Below are positions 36,247 to 45,587 of a stretch of 64,000 nucleotides of DNA, in pieces; within the stretch, counting starts at the first letter, position 1; each line of letters starts with the position of its first letter. The position numbers and the translations under genes are program-made. This stretch comes from Candidatus Limnocylindria bacterium (GTDB lineage Bacteria; Chloroflexota; Limnocylindria; P2-11E): assembly GCA_036565345.1 (NCBI GenBank), contig DATCNH010000081.1, positions 2,118 through 66,117 on the forward strand, read 5' to 3'. A model generated the notes under the pieces. That model was not told where the DNA came from. It searched no databases and saw nothing but the letters and a program-made list of their open reading frames with translations.

Positions 36247-37227
36247 TCAGCGCACGCGACGCACCACGAAATCGGCGATCGCGGAGAGCGCATCCCGTTC
36301 CGGTCGGTCCGGAAGCTGCTCCAGCGCCGCGCAGGCCGCGCGGTGGAAAGCCAGCGCGCGGTCTCGCGCCCGCTCGACACCTCCGGAAGCGCGGATCGTC
36401 CGCAGCAGGTCGCGGACTTCCGGCTCGGCCTTCCCCACGGCGACGATGCGTGCGGCCAGGTCGGCGTCGTTCCCGCTGGCTTCGACGGCGTAGATCATCG
36501 GCAGCGTCGGGGTGCCCTCGGCGAGATCCTGACCGACCGACTTGCCGAATTCGACCTCATCGCCCGCGACATCGAGGACATCGTCGGTGATCTGGAACGC
36601 CAACCCGAGATTGGTGCCGTAGGCCCCCAGGGCCGCGACATGCGCGGGATCGGCGCCGGCGAGGAGCGCGGCGCCCTGGCAGCAGGCCGCGTACAACGAC
36701 GCGGTCTTGAGCTCGATCCGTTCGAAGTACGCGGCCTCGGTCGGTAGCGAACGGGTCGCCGTCACCTCGGTGAGCTCGCCGTCGCAGAGCGCGAACACGG
36801 TCTGCGCGACGATGGCGATGACCGCCGGATCGGGGAGCACCGCCGCCAGCGCGTAGGCCTTGGCGAACAGGTAGTCGCCGACGATGATCGCCACATCGTC
36901 GCTCCAGGTGACATTGACGGTCGCGATGTTCCGCCGCAGCTCGGCCCGGTCGACGATGTCGTCATGGACCAGCGAGGCGGTATGCACCAGCTCGAGCGAC
37001 TGCGCGAGATTGATGACGATCTCGCGGTCGTGCGCGGTGCCGAATCGCGCCGCGAGGAACACGAGCGTCGGCCGGAGGAGCTTGCCCGGAGATCCGAAGA
37101 GGTGCTGCACCGCGGCGGCAAAGGTCGGATGACCGCCGCGGCCGACGTCGAGCAGCCGCCGCTGCAGCTCTTCGAGCTCGCGTTCGACGGGGGCGTAGAA
37201 CGACTGGTCCGCAGGTGGCGCATGCAC
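36247..37227 (-). CDS. trans-polyprenyl diphosphate synthase (IspA/IdsA family)
   Basis: FARM (LVHDDIVD) and SARM (FQITDDVLD) motifs. The most plausible start is GTG 37225-37227 (MHAPPADQSFYAPVERELEEL...), which lies at the 3' boundary of the upstream group II intron. No canonical start exists further downstream before the conserved GK..RP helix. Confidence 0.7.
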   Translation of the reverse strand: MHAPPADQSFYAPVERELEELQRRLLDVGRGGHPTFAAAVQHLFGSPGKLLRPTLVFLAARFGTAHDREIVINLAQSLELVHTASLVHDDIVDRAELRRNIATVNVTWSDDVAIIVGDYLFAKAYALAAVLPDPAVIAIVAQTVFALCDGELTEVTATRSLPTEAAYFERIELKTASLYAACCQGAALLAGADPAHVAALGAYGTNLGLAFQITDDVLDVAGDEVEFGKSVGQDLAEGTPTLPMIYAVEASGNDADLAARIVAVGKAEPEVRDLLRTIRASGGVERARDRALAFHRAACAALEQLPDRPERDALSAIADFVVRRVR

Positions 37228-39187
37228 TGGTAGGTCAGTGGCGCGGTATCGCACGAAGGCGACCCGTTTCCACTGACCCCCTTTCAAACCGGACGTGCGG
37301 TGTTCCCGCATCCGGCTTAGCGATGGCCTTCTCGTGCAGCACTGACGGCTTCGGGTAGCGAACCGTCCCACGCAACCGGTGCAGGCCTTGGCCCCAAAAC
37401 CACTCCTGGGTCCACTGGGCAGCGCGACCGGCTCGGAGGTTGCGCCCGGCTCGCCGCACGAGGAAGCGGCGTAGCCGAGTACTCACGTAGCGGTCGATGT
37501 CCAGGAACTTGCGAGCGGCGTTGCCGCTGCGGAAGTACTCGCCCCAGCCGCGGAGCACCGGGTTGAGTCGCTCGATCAGGACGCGGACGTCCTTCACCCC
37601 GCTGGCCCGTGGATCGGTGAGCTCATGCACCCGTCGGCGGACTCGTCGCATGCTTCGCGGCGAGGGCCAGCGCTGCAGGTAGTAGCGGCGATAGCCGCGT
37701 ACAAGAAGCTTTCCCGAGACGCGCTTGCGCAGGTAGTGACCGAGGAACTCGAACCCTGCTTGCCCGTGGCTCAGTTGGAGGGTCCGCGTCTTCTCCGGGT
37801 GGAGCTGCAGTCGCAGCCGGTCGAGGATGACCCGCACCCTCCGCTCGGCCTCAGCCAGCGCTTCGGGTGATCGGGTGAGCACCACGAAGTCGTCGGCGTA
37901 TCGGACGAGTGTTCCAAGCTGCGCGCAGCGCCGCTCCCAGACCAGATCGAGCCGGTGCAGGTAGATGTTGGCCAGCAACGGGGAGATCACCCCGCCCTGG
38001 GGAACGCCCGCGACGGTCTCGCGGAGCTGTCCGTTCACCAGCACCCCTGCACCCAGCCACCGGCGAATGAGCTTGAGCACCTTGCGGTCGCTGATCCGCG
38101 TTGCCACCAGCACCATCAGGCACTCGTGGTCGAGCGAGCCGAAGAAGTCGGCCAGATCGGCGTCGAGGACGTACTCGGCACCGTCATTCGCCGCTTCGCG
38201 GATCGCTTCGAGCGCGTGGACGGCGGAGCGCTTGGGCCGGTAGCCGTACGAGGACCGACAGAAGTCGGCCTCGAAGATCGGCTCGAGCACCAGCTTGGCC
38301 GCCATCTGCGCGATGCGATCTTTGACCGTGGGGATGCCCAGGGGGCGCATGCCACCGGCCGGTTTGGGGATCTGCCGCCTCAGTACGGGAGACGGTCGGT
38401 ACCTGCCAGAGCGGAGCTCATCCGCCAACTCCTCCAGGAGCCGCGCGATGCCGTACCCCTCCGCCACCGCAAGCGTCACGCTATCGACGCCCGCAGCACC
38501 GTGATTGCGCCGGACGCGCTGCCATGCCTCCTGCAGGATGTCAGGCCTGCAGATGCGGTCGAAGAGGGCATGGAAACGACGACCCGGTTGTCGCTTCGCT
38601 GCGACGAAGAGCGCGCGCTGGAGGCGACGGACGTTGTCGCTGGGAGCGATCCCCGCGGGGTGGTTGGGTCCGGAGGACCGGACCATGCCCGCGCCCGTAC
38701 CGTTCGCGCGCGCGTGACCAAAGTGAGGGCCCTTCCCTCCGGACAGGTTCTGTTGCCTGCCCATCGTCGGTACTACGACCCCCTCGGACTCCCGCTGCGC
38801 ACCGCTCGACTTCGCCATCGGCTTATACGTGCGGTCCTGCCCTGACCAAGGCGGCGCAGACGGGTCTCTCCTGTTCCGCATCGAACCTTGTGCGCGTGCC
38901 GTTCCCTCTACCCCGGGGAGACCCACGGCGCCGTTTCCGGACGGGTGCGCCGCGGACGTGGCCTTCGCCGTGACGTGCGCGGCTCGGCTCTCCCATTGTT
39001 TCTTTGACGAGGCGGCAGGATTCACTTCATGTTGCGGCCCGCGCGCTTGCTCCCTCCAAAGAGGCTCTTGACGCCCCGCTCGGACGACAGACCTCTCGGT
39101 CTGCGTCTGGGGCCTGCTACCAGGCGTTCCGGTACTTACCTGCGCGGGACCTCCACCCGCTGGCTCGATGCAGCTTCCAGGACGCAC
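37222..39187 (-). mobile_element. complete group II intron (~1.97 kb) with internal RT/maturase ORF
   Basis: 5' end GTGCG (revcomp of 39183-39187). Domain V recognisable at about 37285-37319 (AAGCCGGAUGCGGGAACACCGCACGUCCGGUUU, with AGC triad and GAAC loop). A domain VI-like stem GGGGUCAGUGG...CCACUGACC-UA-CC with a bulged A follows. The intron-encoded protein ORF sits in domain IV. Boundaries are +/- about 5 nt. Confidence 0.8.
37235..38686 (-). CDS. group II intron-encoded reverse transcriptase/maturase (no endonuclease domain visible)
   Basis: N-terminal RRLQRALFVAAKRQPGRRFHALFDRICRPDIL..WQRVRRNHGAAGVD, RT blocks 1-7 with YADDFVV, and a maturase X domain. No Cys/His HNH module. Start taken at ATG 38684-38686; the track ORF is extended through domains I-III. 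Confidence 0.85.
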   Translation of the reverse strand: MVRSSGPNHPAGIAPSDNVRRLQRALFVAAKRQPGRRFHALFDRICRPDILQEAWQRVRRNHGAAGVDSVTLAVAEGYGIARLLEELADELRSGRYRPSPVLRRQIPKPAGGMRPLGIPTVKDRIAQMAAKLVLEPIFEADFCRSSYGYRPKRSAVHALEAIREAANDGAEYVLDADLADFFGSLDHECLMVLVATRISDRKVLKLIRRWLGAGVLVNGQLRETVAGVPQGGVISPLLANIYLHRLDLVWERRCAQLGTLVRYADDFVVLTRSPEALAEAERRVRVILDRLRLQLHPEKTRTLQLSHGQAGFEFLGHYLRKRVSGKLLVRGYRRYYLQRWPSPRSMRRVRRRVHELTDPRASGVKDVRVLIERLNPVLRGWGEYFRSGNAARKFLDIDRYVSTRLRRFLVRRAGRNLRAGRAAQWTQEWFWGQGLHRLRGTVRYPKPSVLHEKAIAKPDAGTPHVRFERGSVETGRLRAIPRH

Positions 39188-39215
39188 CACGCGTTTCAGT
39201 CTAGGAGCGCGGCGG

Positions 39216-41582
39216 TCACGGTCTCCTCGTCGGTTTTGGCACCGGCGTGGGTGCGGGTGGTGGCGTGACCGGGATGGCCCCCGGACTTCCTGACGGAACC
39301 GGCGTCACGCTCGGGCGGACCGGGGCGTAGCCGCAAAGGTTCCAATTGAACCGCCCGTAGTTGTGGAGCCCCGCGGCGGCCTCGCGACCCCAGCGGTCGA
39401 TGTCCTTCTGCCAATCGGGGAATGGCGTGGTGAGCCGGTAGCCGCAGGAGGTGTAGATCGCGCGGTCGTCCGTCGTCGGCTCGGTGCCCTGGACGAACTG
39501 CTCGGTCCAGCGGAAATTGGACGGGCAGTACGGGCCCGGCAGCCTGCCCGATCCGTTGCCGCCGGTGAGCGCCGGATTGACGCACACGACCCGATCGACG
39601 ATACCGGCGGGCCGCTTGAAGTCGTCCGGGGGCAGCCCACCGACGACCGTCTTCATGTAGTCGCGCCACAGGATGCCGGGACCGAGGGCCGACGAGATCC
39701 CGTACATCACCTCGTTGTTCGAGTTCCCCATCCAGACCGCGGTCAGCCGCTGCGGGGTGTAGCCGATCGCAAGCACGTCCTGGAGGTTGTCGGTCGTCCC
39801 GGTCTTCAGCGCCGCCGGGCGCCCGATGCTGGTGAACGGACCGAAGACGAAGGAGCCGCGCACCGGGTCGGTGTTGTCCTTCAGGATGTTCGTCATCACG
39901 TAGGCGTAGCGCTCGTCGAGTACCTGCTTGGTCTCGGGCTTCGAGTAGTCCTTCACGACCTTGCCGTCGCGGTCGACGATCTTCAGGATCATCGTCGGCT
40001 CGATCCGTCGGCCTCCGTTGGCGACGACCTGGTACGCGCTCGCCATCTCGATCAGCCGCATCTCGCCGGCGCCGATGCCGAAGGAGATCCCGAGCTGGGA
40101 TCGGTCCCAGTCACGCTGGATGCCGAGCTGATGGATCGTGTCGATGATCCCGTCGACGCCCACGATCCGGGCGACGTTCAGCGCCGGCAGGTTGAGCGAC
40201 TCGCGGAGCGACTGGCGGATCGTCGTCGGCCCATGCTGCTCCTTCGTCGCGTCTCGCGGCTTGTATTGCGTACCGTCGCCACTCGGCATGGTGAACTCGA
40301 TGTCGTTCAACACGGTCGCGGCGGTCATGTTCGCCTTCAGCATGCCGGCGAGGTAGGTGAACAGCTTGAACGTCGATCCCGGCTGGCGAAGCCCGATCCC
40401 CGCCACGTCGTAGTCGCCCTGGACCTGCGGCGATCGGTCGTAGTAGTCCTTGCTGCCGACGTAGGCGAGGACCTCCCCGGTCGTCGGATCCATGGTGATG
40501 AGCGCGGCGTTGTTCACGTTCGAGCTCTTCAGGTTGTTGACGTGATCCCGCACCTCTTTCTCGGCCAGCTGCTGCATGTTCCAGTCGAGGCTGGTGTAGA
40601 TGCGGTAGCCGCCACGATAGGCGGCCTTCTCGCCGAGGACATTGATGATCTGCTCGCGCACCCGGAAGGTGAAGTGCGGCGCGTAGAGCGATGTGCTGGC
40701 CGGTGTGACCTTGATCGGCTCGTTCTTCGCCGCAGCCGCTTGGGCATCGGTGATGTAGCCCTGGTCGACCATCGCGTCCAGCACCAGGACGCGCCGGGCG
40801 GCGGCGGCGGCCGGGTTCTGGATCGGGTCGTACTCCGAGGGCGCCTGGGGAAGACCGGCCAGGAGCGCCATCTGCCCGAGGGTCAGCTGGCGAAGGTCGC
40901 CGACCCCGAAGTACGTCTTCGCGGCGGCCTTCAGGCCGTACGCCTGGTTCCCGTAGAAGATCTGATTGAAGTACATCTCGATGATCTGCTGCTTGGTGAA
41001 CGTGCGCGTTGCCTCGATGGCGAGCATCGCCTCCTTGATCTTCCGAGTCAGGGTGGGCTCGTCACCGAGCAGCCGGGTCTTGATCAGCTGCTGGGTGATC
41101 GTCGATCCGCCCTGGGCGATCCCGCCCTTGGCGAGGTTCGCCTGCAGGGCGCGGGCGATGCCTCCGACGTCGATGCCGGGATTCGTCCAGAAGGAGTGAT
41201 CCTCGATCGCGACCGTGGCGTCCTGCATGAGCTGGGGAACGTCCGCCAGCGCGATGAGCTCGCGCCGCTCGTCCTCCAGGGTGTACAGCAGGTGCTCGCC
41301 CGACCGGTCATAGATGAACGTCGACAGCGGGACGGGGACGGTGGCGAGGTCGTGGGCCGCCGGAAGATCCGCTGCGAAGTAGCCGAGGAAGGCCGCCGCA
41401 GAGCTGCCGGCGAAGATGCCGAAGGTGATGAGGACCGCGGTGAGGATGCCGGCGACCGTCCCGAGCTTGGACGCGGGGGCGTACCGCCGGGACAGCCGTC
41501 CGCCCTTCCGGTGGGGAAAGCGGTAGCTGCGGTAGGCATGGCCGAGGCGAACGCTGCGGTGGGAGGTCGCCATGGTGTTCAC
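39216..41582 (-). CDS. ponA: class A penicillin-binding protein (PBP1A-type transglycosylase/transpeptidase)
   Basis: GT51 motifs (EDHSFWTNPGID, GGSTITQQLIK), SxxK (STFK), SxN, KTG(T), and a Pro-rich C-terminal tail. Confidence 0.9.
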   Translation of the reverse strand: MNTMATSHRSVRLGHAYRSYRFPHRKGGRLSRRYAPASKLGTVAGILTAVLITFGIFAGSSAAAFLGYFAADLPAAHDLATVPVPLSTFIYDRSGEHLLYTLEDERRELIALADVPQLMQDATVAIEDHSFWTNPGIDVGGIARALQANLAKGGIAQGGSTITQQLIKTRLLGDEPTLTRKIKEAMLAIEATRTFTKQQIIEMYFNQIFYGNQAYGLKAAAKTYFGVGDLRQLTLGQMALLAGLPQAPSEYDPIQNPAAAAARRVLVLDAMVDQGYITDAQAAAAKNEPIKVTPASTSLYAPHFTFRVREQIINVLGEKAAYRGGYRIYTSLDWNMQQLAEKEVRDHVNNLKSSNVNNAALITMDPTTGEVLAYVGSKDYYDRSPQVQGDYDVAGIGLRQPGSTFKLFTYLAGMLKANMTAATVLNDIEFTMPSGDGTQYKPRDATKEQHGPTTIRQSLRESLNLPALNVARIVGVDGIIDTIHQLGIQRDWDRSQLGISFGIGAGEMRLIEMASAYQVVANGGRRIEPTMILKIVDRDGKVVKDYSKPETKQVLDERYAYVMTNILKDNTDPVRGSFVFGPFTSIGRPAALKTGTTDNLQDVLAIGYTPQRLTAVWMGNSNNEVMYGISSALGPGILWRDYMKTVVGGLPPDDFKRPAGIVDRVVCVNPALTGGNGSGRLPGPYCPSNFRWTEQFVQGTEPTTDDRAIYTSCGYRLTTPFPDWQKDIDRWGREAAAGLHNYGRFNWNLCGYAPVRPSVTPVPSGSPGAIPVTPPPAPTPVPKPTRRP

Positions 41583-41612
41583 CGTACCGTTTGCACGCGA
41601 TGTGCCACTAGC

Positions 41613-42086
41613 TCAAGCGGACGGCGAGCTCCCGCGCAGCCGAGCGATGACCTTCTTCCACGGCGTCGGCGGCCTCTGGACCGCGGCGGCGCGGAGGCGG
41701 CGCTGTGCCTCGCGGGCGTCCCCCTCCCAGGACTCGACGATCTCCCGGTCGGCGTCCTTGAGCGACCCGGCGGGCCCGCGACGCTCCATGGCCGATTCGG
41801 CCGCGGGCAGGCGCGCGTACAGATCGGCGGTGAACGCGGCGGCCTGCGGGATCTCCCGCCCAAGCGTCTCGGCGTGGAGCGCGTACTGGCCGTTCTCCAG
41901 CACGAAGGCCTGCTTGGTCTGGTCGAACATCGCGGTGAGCTCGAGATCCGCCGCGAGCTCGCGGTCCACCGCCGCGACGGCGCGCTCGAGCTCGGCCTGG
42001 ACCGCCGCCGGGCGACGGGGGGTGCGGGTCAGCCGGTAGCCGGCGGCCGCCAGCACGAGCAGGACGATCGCCGCGATCGGGGCCAT
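41613..42086 (-). CDS. hypothetical membrane-anchored protein upstream of ponA
   Basis: N-terminal TM (MAPIAAIVLLVLAAAGY) followed by a charged helical region; no family recognised. An alternative start lies at 42119. Confidence 0.4.
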   Translation of the reverse strand: MAPIAAIVLLVLAAAGYRLTRTPRRPAAVQAELERAVAAVDRELAADLELTAMFDQTKQAFVLENGQYALHAETLGREIPQAAAFTADLYARLPAAESAMERRGPAGSLKDADREIVESWEGDAREAQRRLRAAAVQRPPTPWKKVIARLRGSSPSA

Positions 42087-42189
42087 CGGCCCATCGTACC
42101 GAGCCACCGCGACCGGCATTCGCCCTCCCCGCCAACCCGAGCATGCACCGTATGCGGCATTTGTATGCCTGATATGTATACTAGCTCAC

Positions 42190-43395
42190 GTGCCGCGGCC
42201 GTTCGTGAAGACCGCCCTGCCCGCCCCGCATTTCCCGCTCGGCGGCCCGGTCCCGGCGGCCGACCTCGTCGGCCGCGAGGCCTACATCCGGCGGGCCGTC
42301 ACGCGCCTGGGCGATGGCGATCACCTCCTCATCGCCGGCCCACGGCGGATCGGGAAGACGTCGGTGCTGCTTGAGGTCCTCCGCCGGCTGCGTCGGAAGG
42401 GCGCGCTCACCGCCTACGTCGACTGCCTCGGATCGACCGATCTCCGGAGCCTCGGCGAGCGGCTCGTGGACGCGCTCCTCGAGAATGTTTCCGGCGTCGA
42501 GCGCTCGTTCGAGCAGGCGAAGGCGATCGCCGCCGGGATGCGACCCACGGTGAAGGTCCGCTACGAGCATCTCGAGCTCGTCCTCGAGCTGGCCCGCGAG
42601 AAGAACGCGCAACGGTTCTTCGAGGGGGCGCTCGATCTGCCAGCGGCGCTCGCGGCGAAGAGCGGAAAGCGCGTCGTCGTCGCGTTCGACGAGTTCCAGG
42701 CCGCCGGACAGCTCGGCCCGCGGGTATTCGATGTGATGCGGACGCGCTTCCAGGCGCAGCGCGGGGTGGCCTACGCGTTCCTCGGATCGGAGGAGGGCAT
42801 CCTGGAGCAGCTCTTCGGGGAGAAAGGCAACGCGTTCTACCGGTTCGCGCTCCCCCAGGATCTCACCGACGCCGGGGGCCACCGCTTCGGGATCGATCCG
42901 GACGATTGGCTGACCTACATCCGCGACAAATTCGCGCAGCGGAAGATCGCCATCGCCGACGCCGAGATCGACCGGCTGCTCGACGCGACCGGTGGGCATC
43001 CCCAGGACACGATGCAGCTTTGTGGAGCGCTGTACTACCTCATGCGCGACGCCGGCCTACGCACCGTCACCGGCGATGCGATCTCGGTCGCCACGGAACA
43101 GACCCTGCGCGAGCTCGAGCGGCCGTTCGCGCTGCACTGGGCCGATCTCGCGAAGGGCAAATACCTGCAACAGATCGCGAAGCGGGTCGCCCACCGGGCG
43201 GTCCTATACGCGAGCGAGAAGGATGGGGTCGAGGTCCCCCGGACCGAGGTCCTGCGCGCGCTCGAGGCGCTCCAGGCACGCGGCCTGGTGGCGCGGCTCG
43301 GCCGCGGGCGCTACGAGTTCGTGGAGCCACTCTTCGGCGAGTTCGTCCGCCGGCTGGACGAGCGCGGCACGGCGGCTACTGTTCTTCGCGGATGA
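42190..43395 (+). CDS. AAA-family ATPase (archaeal-ATPase/DUF234-like)
   Basis: Walker A LIAGPRRIGKTSVLLEV, Walker B VVVAFDEFQ, and a C-terminal wHTH-like region. Confidence 0.7.
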   Translation: MPRPFVKTALPAPHFPLGGPVPAADLVGREAYIRRAVTRLGDGDHLLIAGPRRIGKTSVLLEVLRRLRRKGALTAYVDCLGSTDLRSLGERLVDALLENVSGVERSFEQAKAIAAGMRPTVKVRYEHLELVLELAREKNAQRFFEGALDLPAALAAKSGKRVVVAFDEFQAAGQLGPRVFDVMRTRFQAQRGVAYAFLGSEEGILEQLFGEKGNAFYRFALPQDLTDAGGHRFGIDPDDWLTYIRDKFAQRKIAIADAEIDRLLDATGGHPQDTMQLCGALYYLMRDAGLRTVTGDAISVATEQTLRELERPFALHWADLAKGKYLQQIAKRVAHRAVLYASEKDGVEVPRTEVLRALEALQARGLVARLGRGRYEFVEPLFGEFVRRLDERGTAATVLRG

Positions 43396-43592
43396 GCATT
43401 CCGAGCGACGACCTCCGGCCGGGCACCCGCGTGCGCTACAGCCCCGCGCACTCGGACGAGTGGCGCGAGGGCGTGCTCGTCCACGCATCACCCAACGGCG
43501 AGGAATGGCTGGTGAAAAGCCGCTTCGGGGATTTCTGGATGAGCCTCGCGCGGTTGTTCCCCGCCGACCCGGGTGAGGTCAGCGCGCACTAG
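43392..43592 (+). CDS. small protein (66 aa) translationally coupled to the AAA ATPase
   Basis: ATG overlaps the ATPase stop (ATGA). Sequence: MSIPSDDLRPGTRVRYSPAHSDEWREGVLVHASPNGEEWLVKSRFGDFWMSLARLFPADPGEVSAH. Confidence 0.4.
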   Translation: MSIPSDDLRPGTRVRYSPAHSDEWREGVLVHASPNGEEWLVKSRFGDFWMSLARLFPADPGEVSAH

Positions 43593-43595
43593 GGC

Positions 43596-43640
43596 CGTGG
43601 ACCGGCGCGGGAAGCGATGATCGCCGCTCCCGCACCGGTC
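43596..43640. terminator. imperfect GC-rich inverted repeat between convergent genes (putative bidirectional terminator)
   Basis: GCGGGAAGCG...CGCTCCCGC between the stop at 43592 (+) and the stop at 43651 (-). Confidence 0.3.
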
Positions 43641-43650
43641 CCCGAACTCG

Positions 43651-43920
43651 CTAGACGGTGACGCCGCGGCGGCCGCCCATCCGACGCCAGATCAGGAGCG
43701 CGATGATTGCGCCGATGATCGAGCCGATGATCCCTGCGGCGTTCAGCTCAAGCGAGCCGCCGAAGAGGAGCGCCGCCAGGGTCCCGCCGATGAACGAACC
43801 GATGACCCCAAGGACCATCGTGCCCACCCAGCCCATCGAGTCCGGGCCGGGAACGAGCGCGCGCGCGATAAAGCCCGCGATGAGCCCCATGATTAGGAAG
43901 AGAATCAGACCCACGGTCAT
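43651..43920 (-). CDS. GlsB/YeaQ/YmgE-family transglycosylase-associated stress membrane protein
   Basis: Gly-zipper TM repeats (GLILFLIMGLIAGFIA...GTMVLGVIGSFIGG...GIIGSIIGAIIALLIW). Confidence 0.7.
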   Translation of the reverse strand: MTVGLILFLIMGLIAGFIARALVPGPDSMGWVGTMVLGVIGSFIGGTLAALLFGGSLELNAAGIIGSIIGAIIALLIWRRMGGRRGVTV

Positions 43921-44044
43921 ACCTCCGCTGCACCGTCGCGGTGCGCCAGCCGAACCGGTTGCAGGAGTCATGCCGAACTGCCGAGCCGCTGTTCGCCACG
44001 CCAGGGCCCGAGCGCGGAATCCACGTCGCGGGTTCGTCTCGCCG

Positions 44045-44485
44045 CTACGGACCGTACGGGCGCGCGATGCGCATGAAGCGGCCGGCCTCTACCGGCTCCC
44101 AGCCGAACTTCACGTAGAGGCCGTGGGCGTCACGCGTCGCGAGGGCGAACCCGCGCTGCACCTGGAGGTCGGGATGCTCGACGACCGTCCCGATGAGCCA
44201 GGTCGCCAGGCCGCGGCCGCGGTACGCCGGCAGCACGAACACGTCGCAGAGCCAGGCGAACGTGGCGAAGTCGCTCACCACGCGGCCGAATCCAATCTGC
44301 GTCCCGCCCCGGCAGGCCTCGCCTTCGAACAAGCCGAAGTTCAGGGACGCCGCGATCGAGCGCGCCACCAGCTCGCGCGGCACGCCGTTGGCCCAGTACG
44401 ACTCATCGTGCAGATAGCGCCAGATCAGGTCGATGTCGAGATGCGCCGGGTCGGTCGAGATAGTGAATCCGTCGCGTTCCCACAT
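44045..44485 (-). CDS. GNAT family N-acetyltransferase
   Basis: MWERDGFTIS...CDVFVLPAYRGRGLATWLI (motif A). The track ORF is over-extended upstream. Confidence 0.6.
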   Translation of the reverse strand: MWERDGFTISTDPAHLDIDLIWRYLHDESYWANGVPRELVARSIAASLNFGLFEGEACRGGTQIGFGRVVSDFATFAWLCDVFVLPAYRGRGLATWLIGTVVEHPDLQVQRGFALATRDAHGLYVKFGWEPVEAGRFMRIARPYGP

Positions 44486-44496
44486 TGCGTCGCTAC

Positions 44497-44889
44497 TCAG
44501 CCGTCGAGGTCGTAGTCCAGGATGAACGCGTGGTCCTCCAGGATCTGGAAGCGTCCCCGGATCGCGCGTAGCTCGCCGGTGCCCGAGCCTGGCACGATGG
44601 TCCAGGAACCGGCCTGCTCGCTGCCGTTGGCGGTCGCGGCATGCATCAGGAGGAACGTGCCCCGTCGCTGCTCGAGGGTGCAGTCGATCAGCTCGAGTCC
44701 GACGTAGGCGGCCGGACCGTCGCCGTCGACCTTGAGCATGATGCTCTCCACCACTCCGGAGCCGGCCATCTCTCCGGTGAATGTCTTGACAAGACGGGTA
44801 TGGCTCATCGCGCCGCCGTCCCATGCCGCGGGCGTCGCCACCTGCGTGTCGACCGTGAAGACGCCGTGCGCGTGTCGGGCCAGCTCCAT
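44497..44889 (-). CDS. DUF3224-domain protein
   Basis: ...FTGEMAGSGVVESIM...GLELIDCTLEQRRGTFLLMHAAT...GSWTIVPGSGTGELRAIRGRF... pattern. Confidence 0.55.
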   Translation of the reverse strand: MELARHAHGVFTVDTQVATPAAWDGGAMSHTRLVKTFTGEMAGSGVVESIMLKVDGDGPAAYVGLELIDCTLEQRRGTFLLMHAATANGSEQAGSWTIVPGSGTGELRAIRGRFQILEDHAFILDYDLDG

Positions 44890-44993
44890 GCCAGAACTGT
44901 AGGTCCGAACCCGGGTCGATGCCCGACCATCGGTCGCACATCAGGTCGCCGCCTCGCACGTTGGTATCGTGTCGTGCAGCAGGGAGGGACAGG

Positions 44994-45443
44994 GTGGCAG
45001 CTGCGTTCGTCGTGCGGTCGGTGGATCAGGCCGACCGCAAGCAATGGGAGCAGCTCTGGGAGGGGTACAACGCGTTCTATGAGCGCGTGGTCTCCCCGGA
45101 GACGACGAAGGTGACCTGGTCCCGATTCTTCGACGACCGCGAGCCGGTGCACGCGCTGGTCGCGGAGCAGGACGGGGCGCTCGTGGGCCTGGTGCACTAT
45201 CTCTTCCACCGCAGTACGTCGATGATCGAGCTCACCTGCTATCTGCAGGACCTGTTCGCGGCCGGCAGCGCCCGCCGTCGCGGGGTGGGTCGCGCGCTCA
45301 TTGAGGCGGTCTACGAACGGGCACGCGCTGCGGGCGCACCCCGGGTGTACTGGCAGACGCATGAGACCAACCAGACCGCGATGCGGCTGTATGACCAGGT
45401 CGCGGAGCGCTCTGGATTTCTGGTCTATCGCCGTGCGGTCTGA
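44994..45443 (+). CDS. GNAT family N-acetyltransferase
   Basis: GTG 44994 preceded by GGGAGGG. Motif A RRRGVGRALIEAVYERARAAG. Confidence 0.7.
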   Translation: MAAAFVVRSVDQADRKQWEQLWEGYNAFYERVVSPETTKVTWSRFFDDREPVHALVAEQDGALVGLVHYLFHRSTSMIELTCYLQDLFAAGSARRRGVGRALIEAVYERARAAGAPRVYWQTHETNQTAMRLYDQVAERSGFLVYRRAV

Positions 45444-45464
45444 TCGATCGCGGATCTGGACGAG

Positions 45465-45536
45465 TACCCCCGCGCGGACTCGAACCGCGGCTTCAGGCTT
45501 CGGAGGCCTGCACTCTATCCACTGAGCTACGGGGGC
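45465..45536 (-). tRNA. tRNA-Arg (anticodon CCG)
   Basis: Cloverleaf by eye: acceptor GCCCCCG/CGGGGGU, D-arm GCTC-AGTGGATA-GAGT, anticodon stem CAGGC/GCCTG with loop CU-CCG-AA, T-arm CGCGG-TTCGAGT-CCGCG, discriminator A. CCA is not encoded. Confidence 0.8.
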
Positions 45537-45587
45537 AGGAGGCGGGACGCGGATGCGGCGGGACAGCCTTGATTCTACCCTTGCGGT

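Noticed and set aside
39363-42374. 1003-aa ORF on the plus strand
   Set aside because: It is antisense to ponA and the upstream hypothetical protein. Arg/Gly/Asp/Pro-rich low-complexity translation typical of open antisense frames in very GC-rich DNA, with no recognisable domain.
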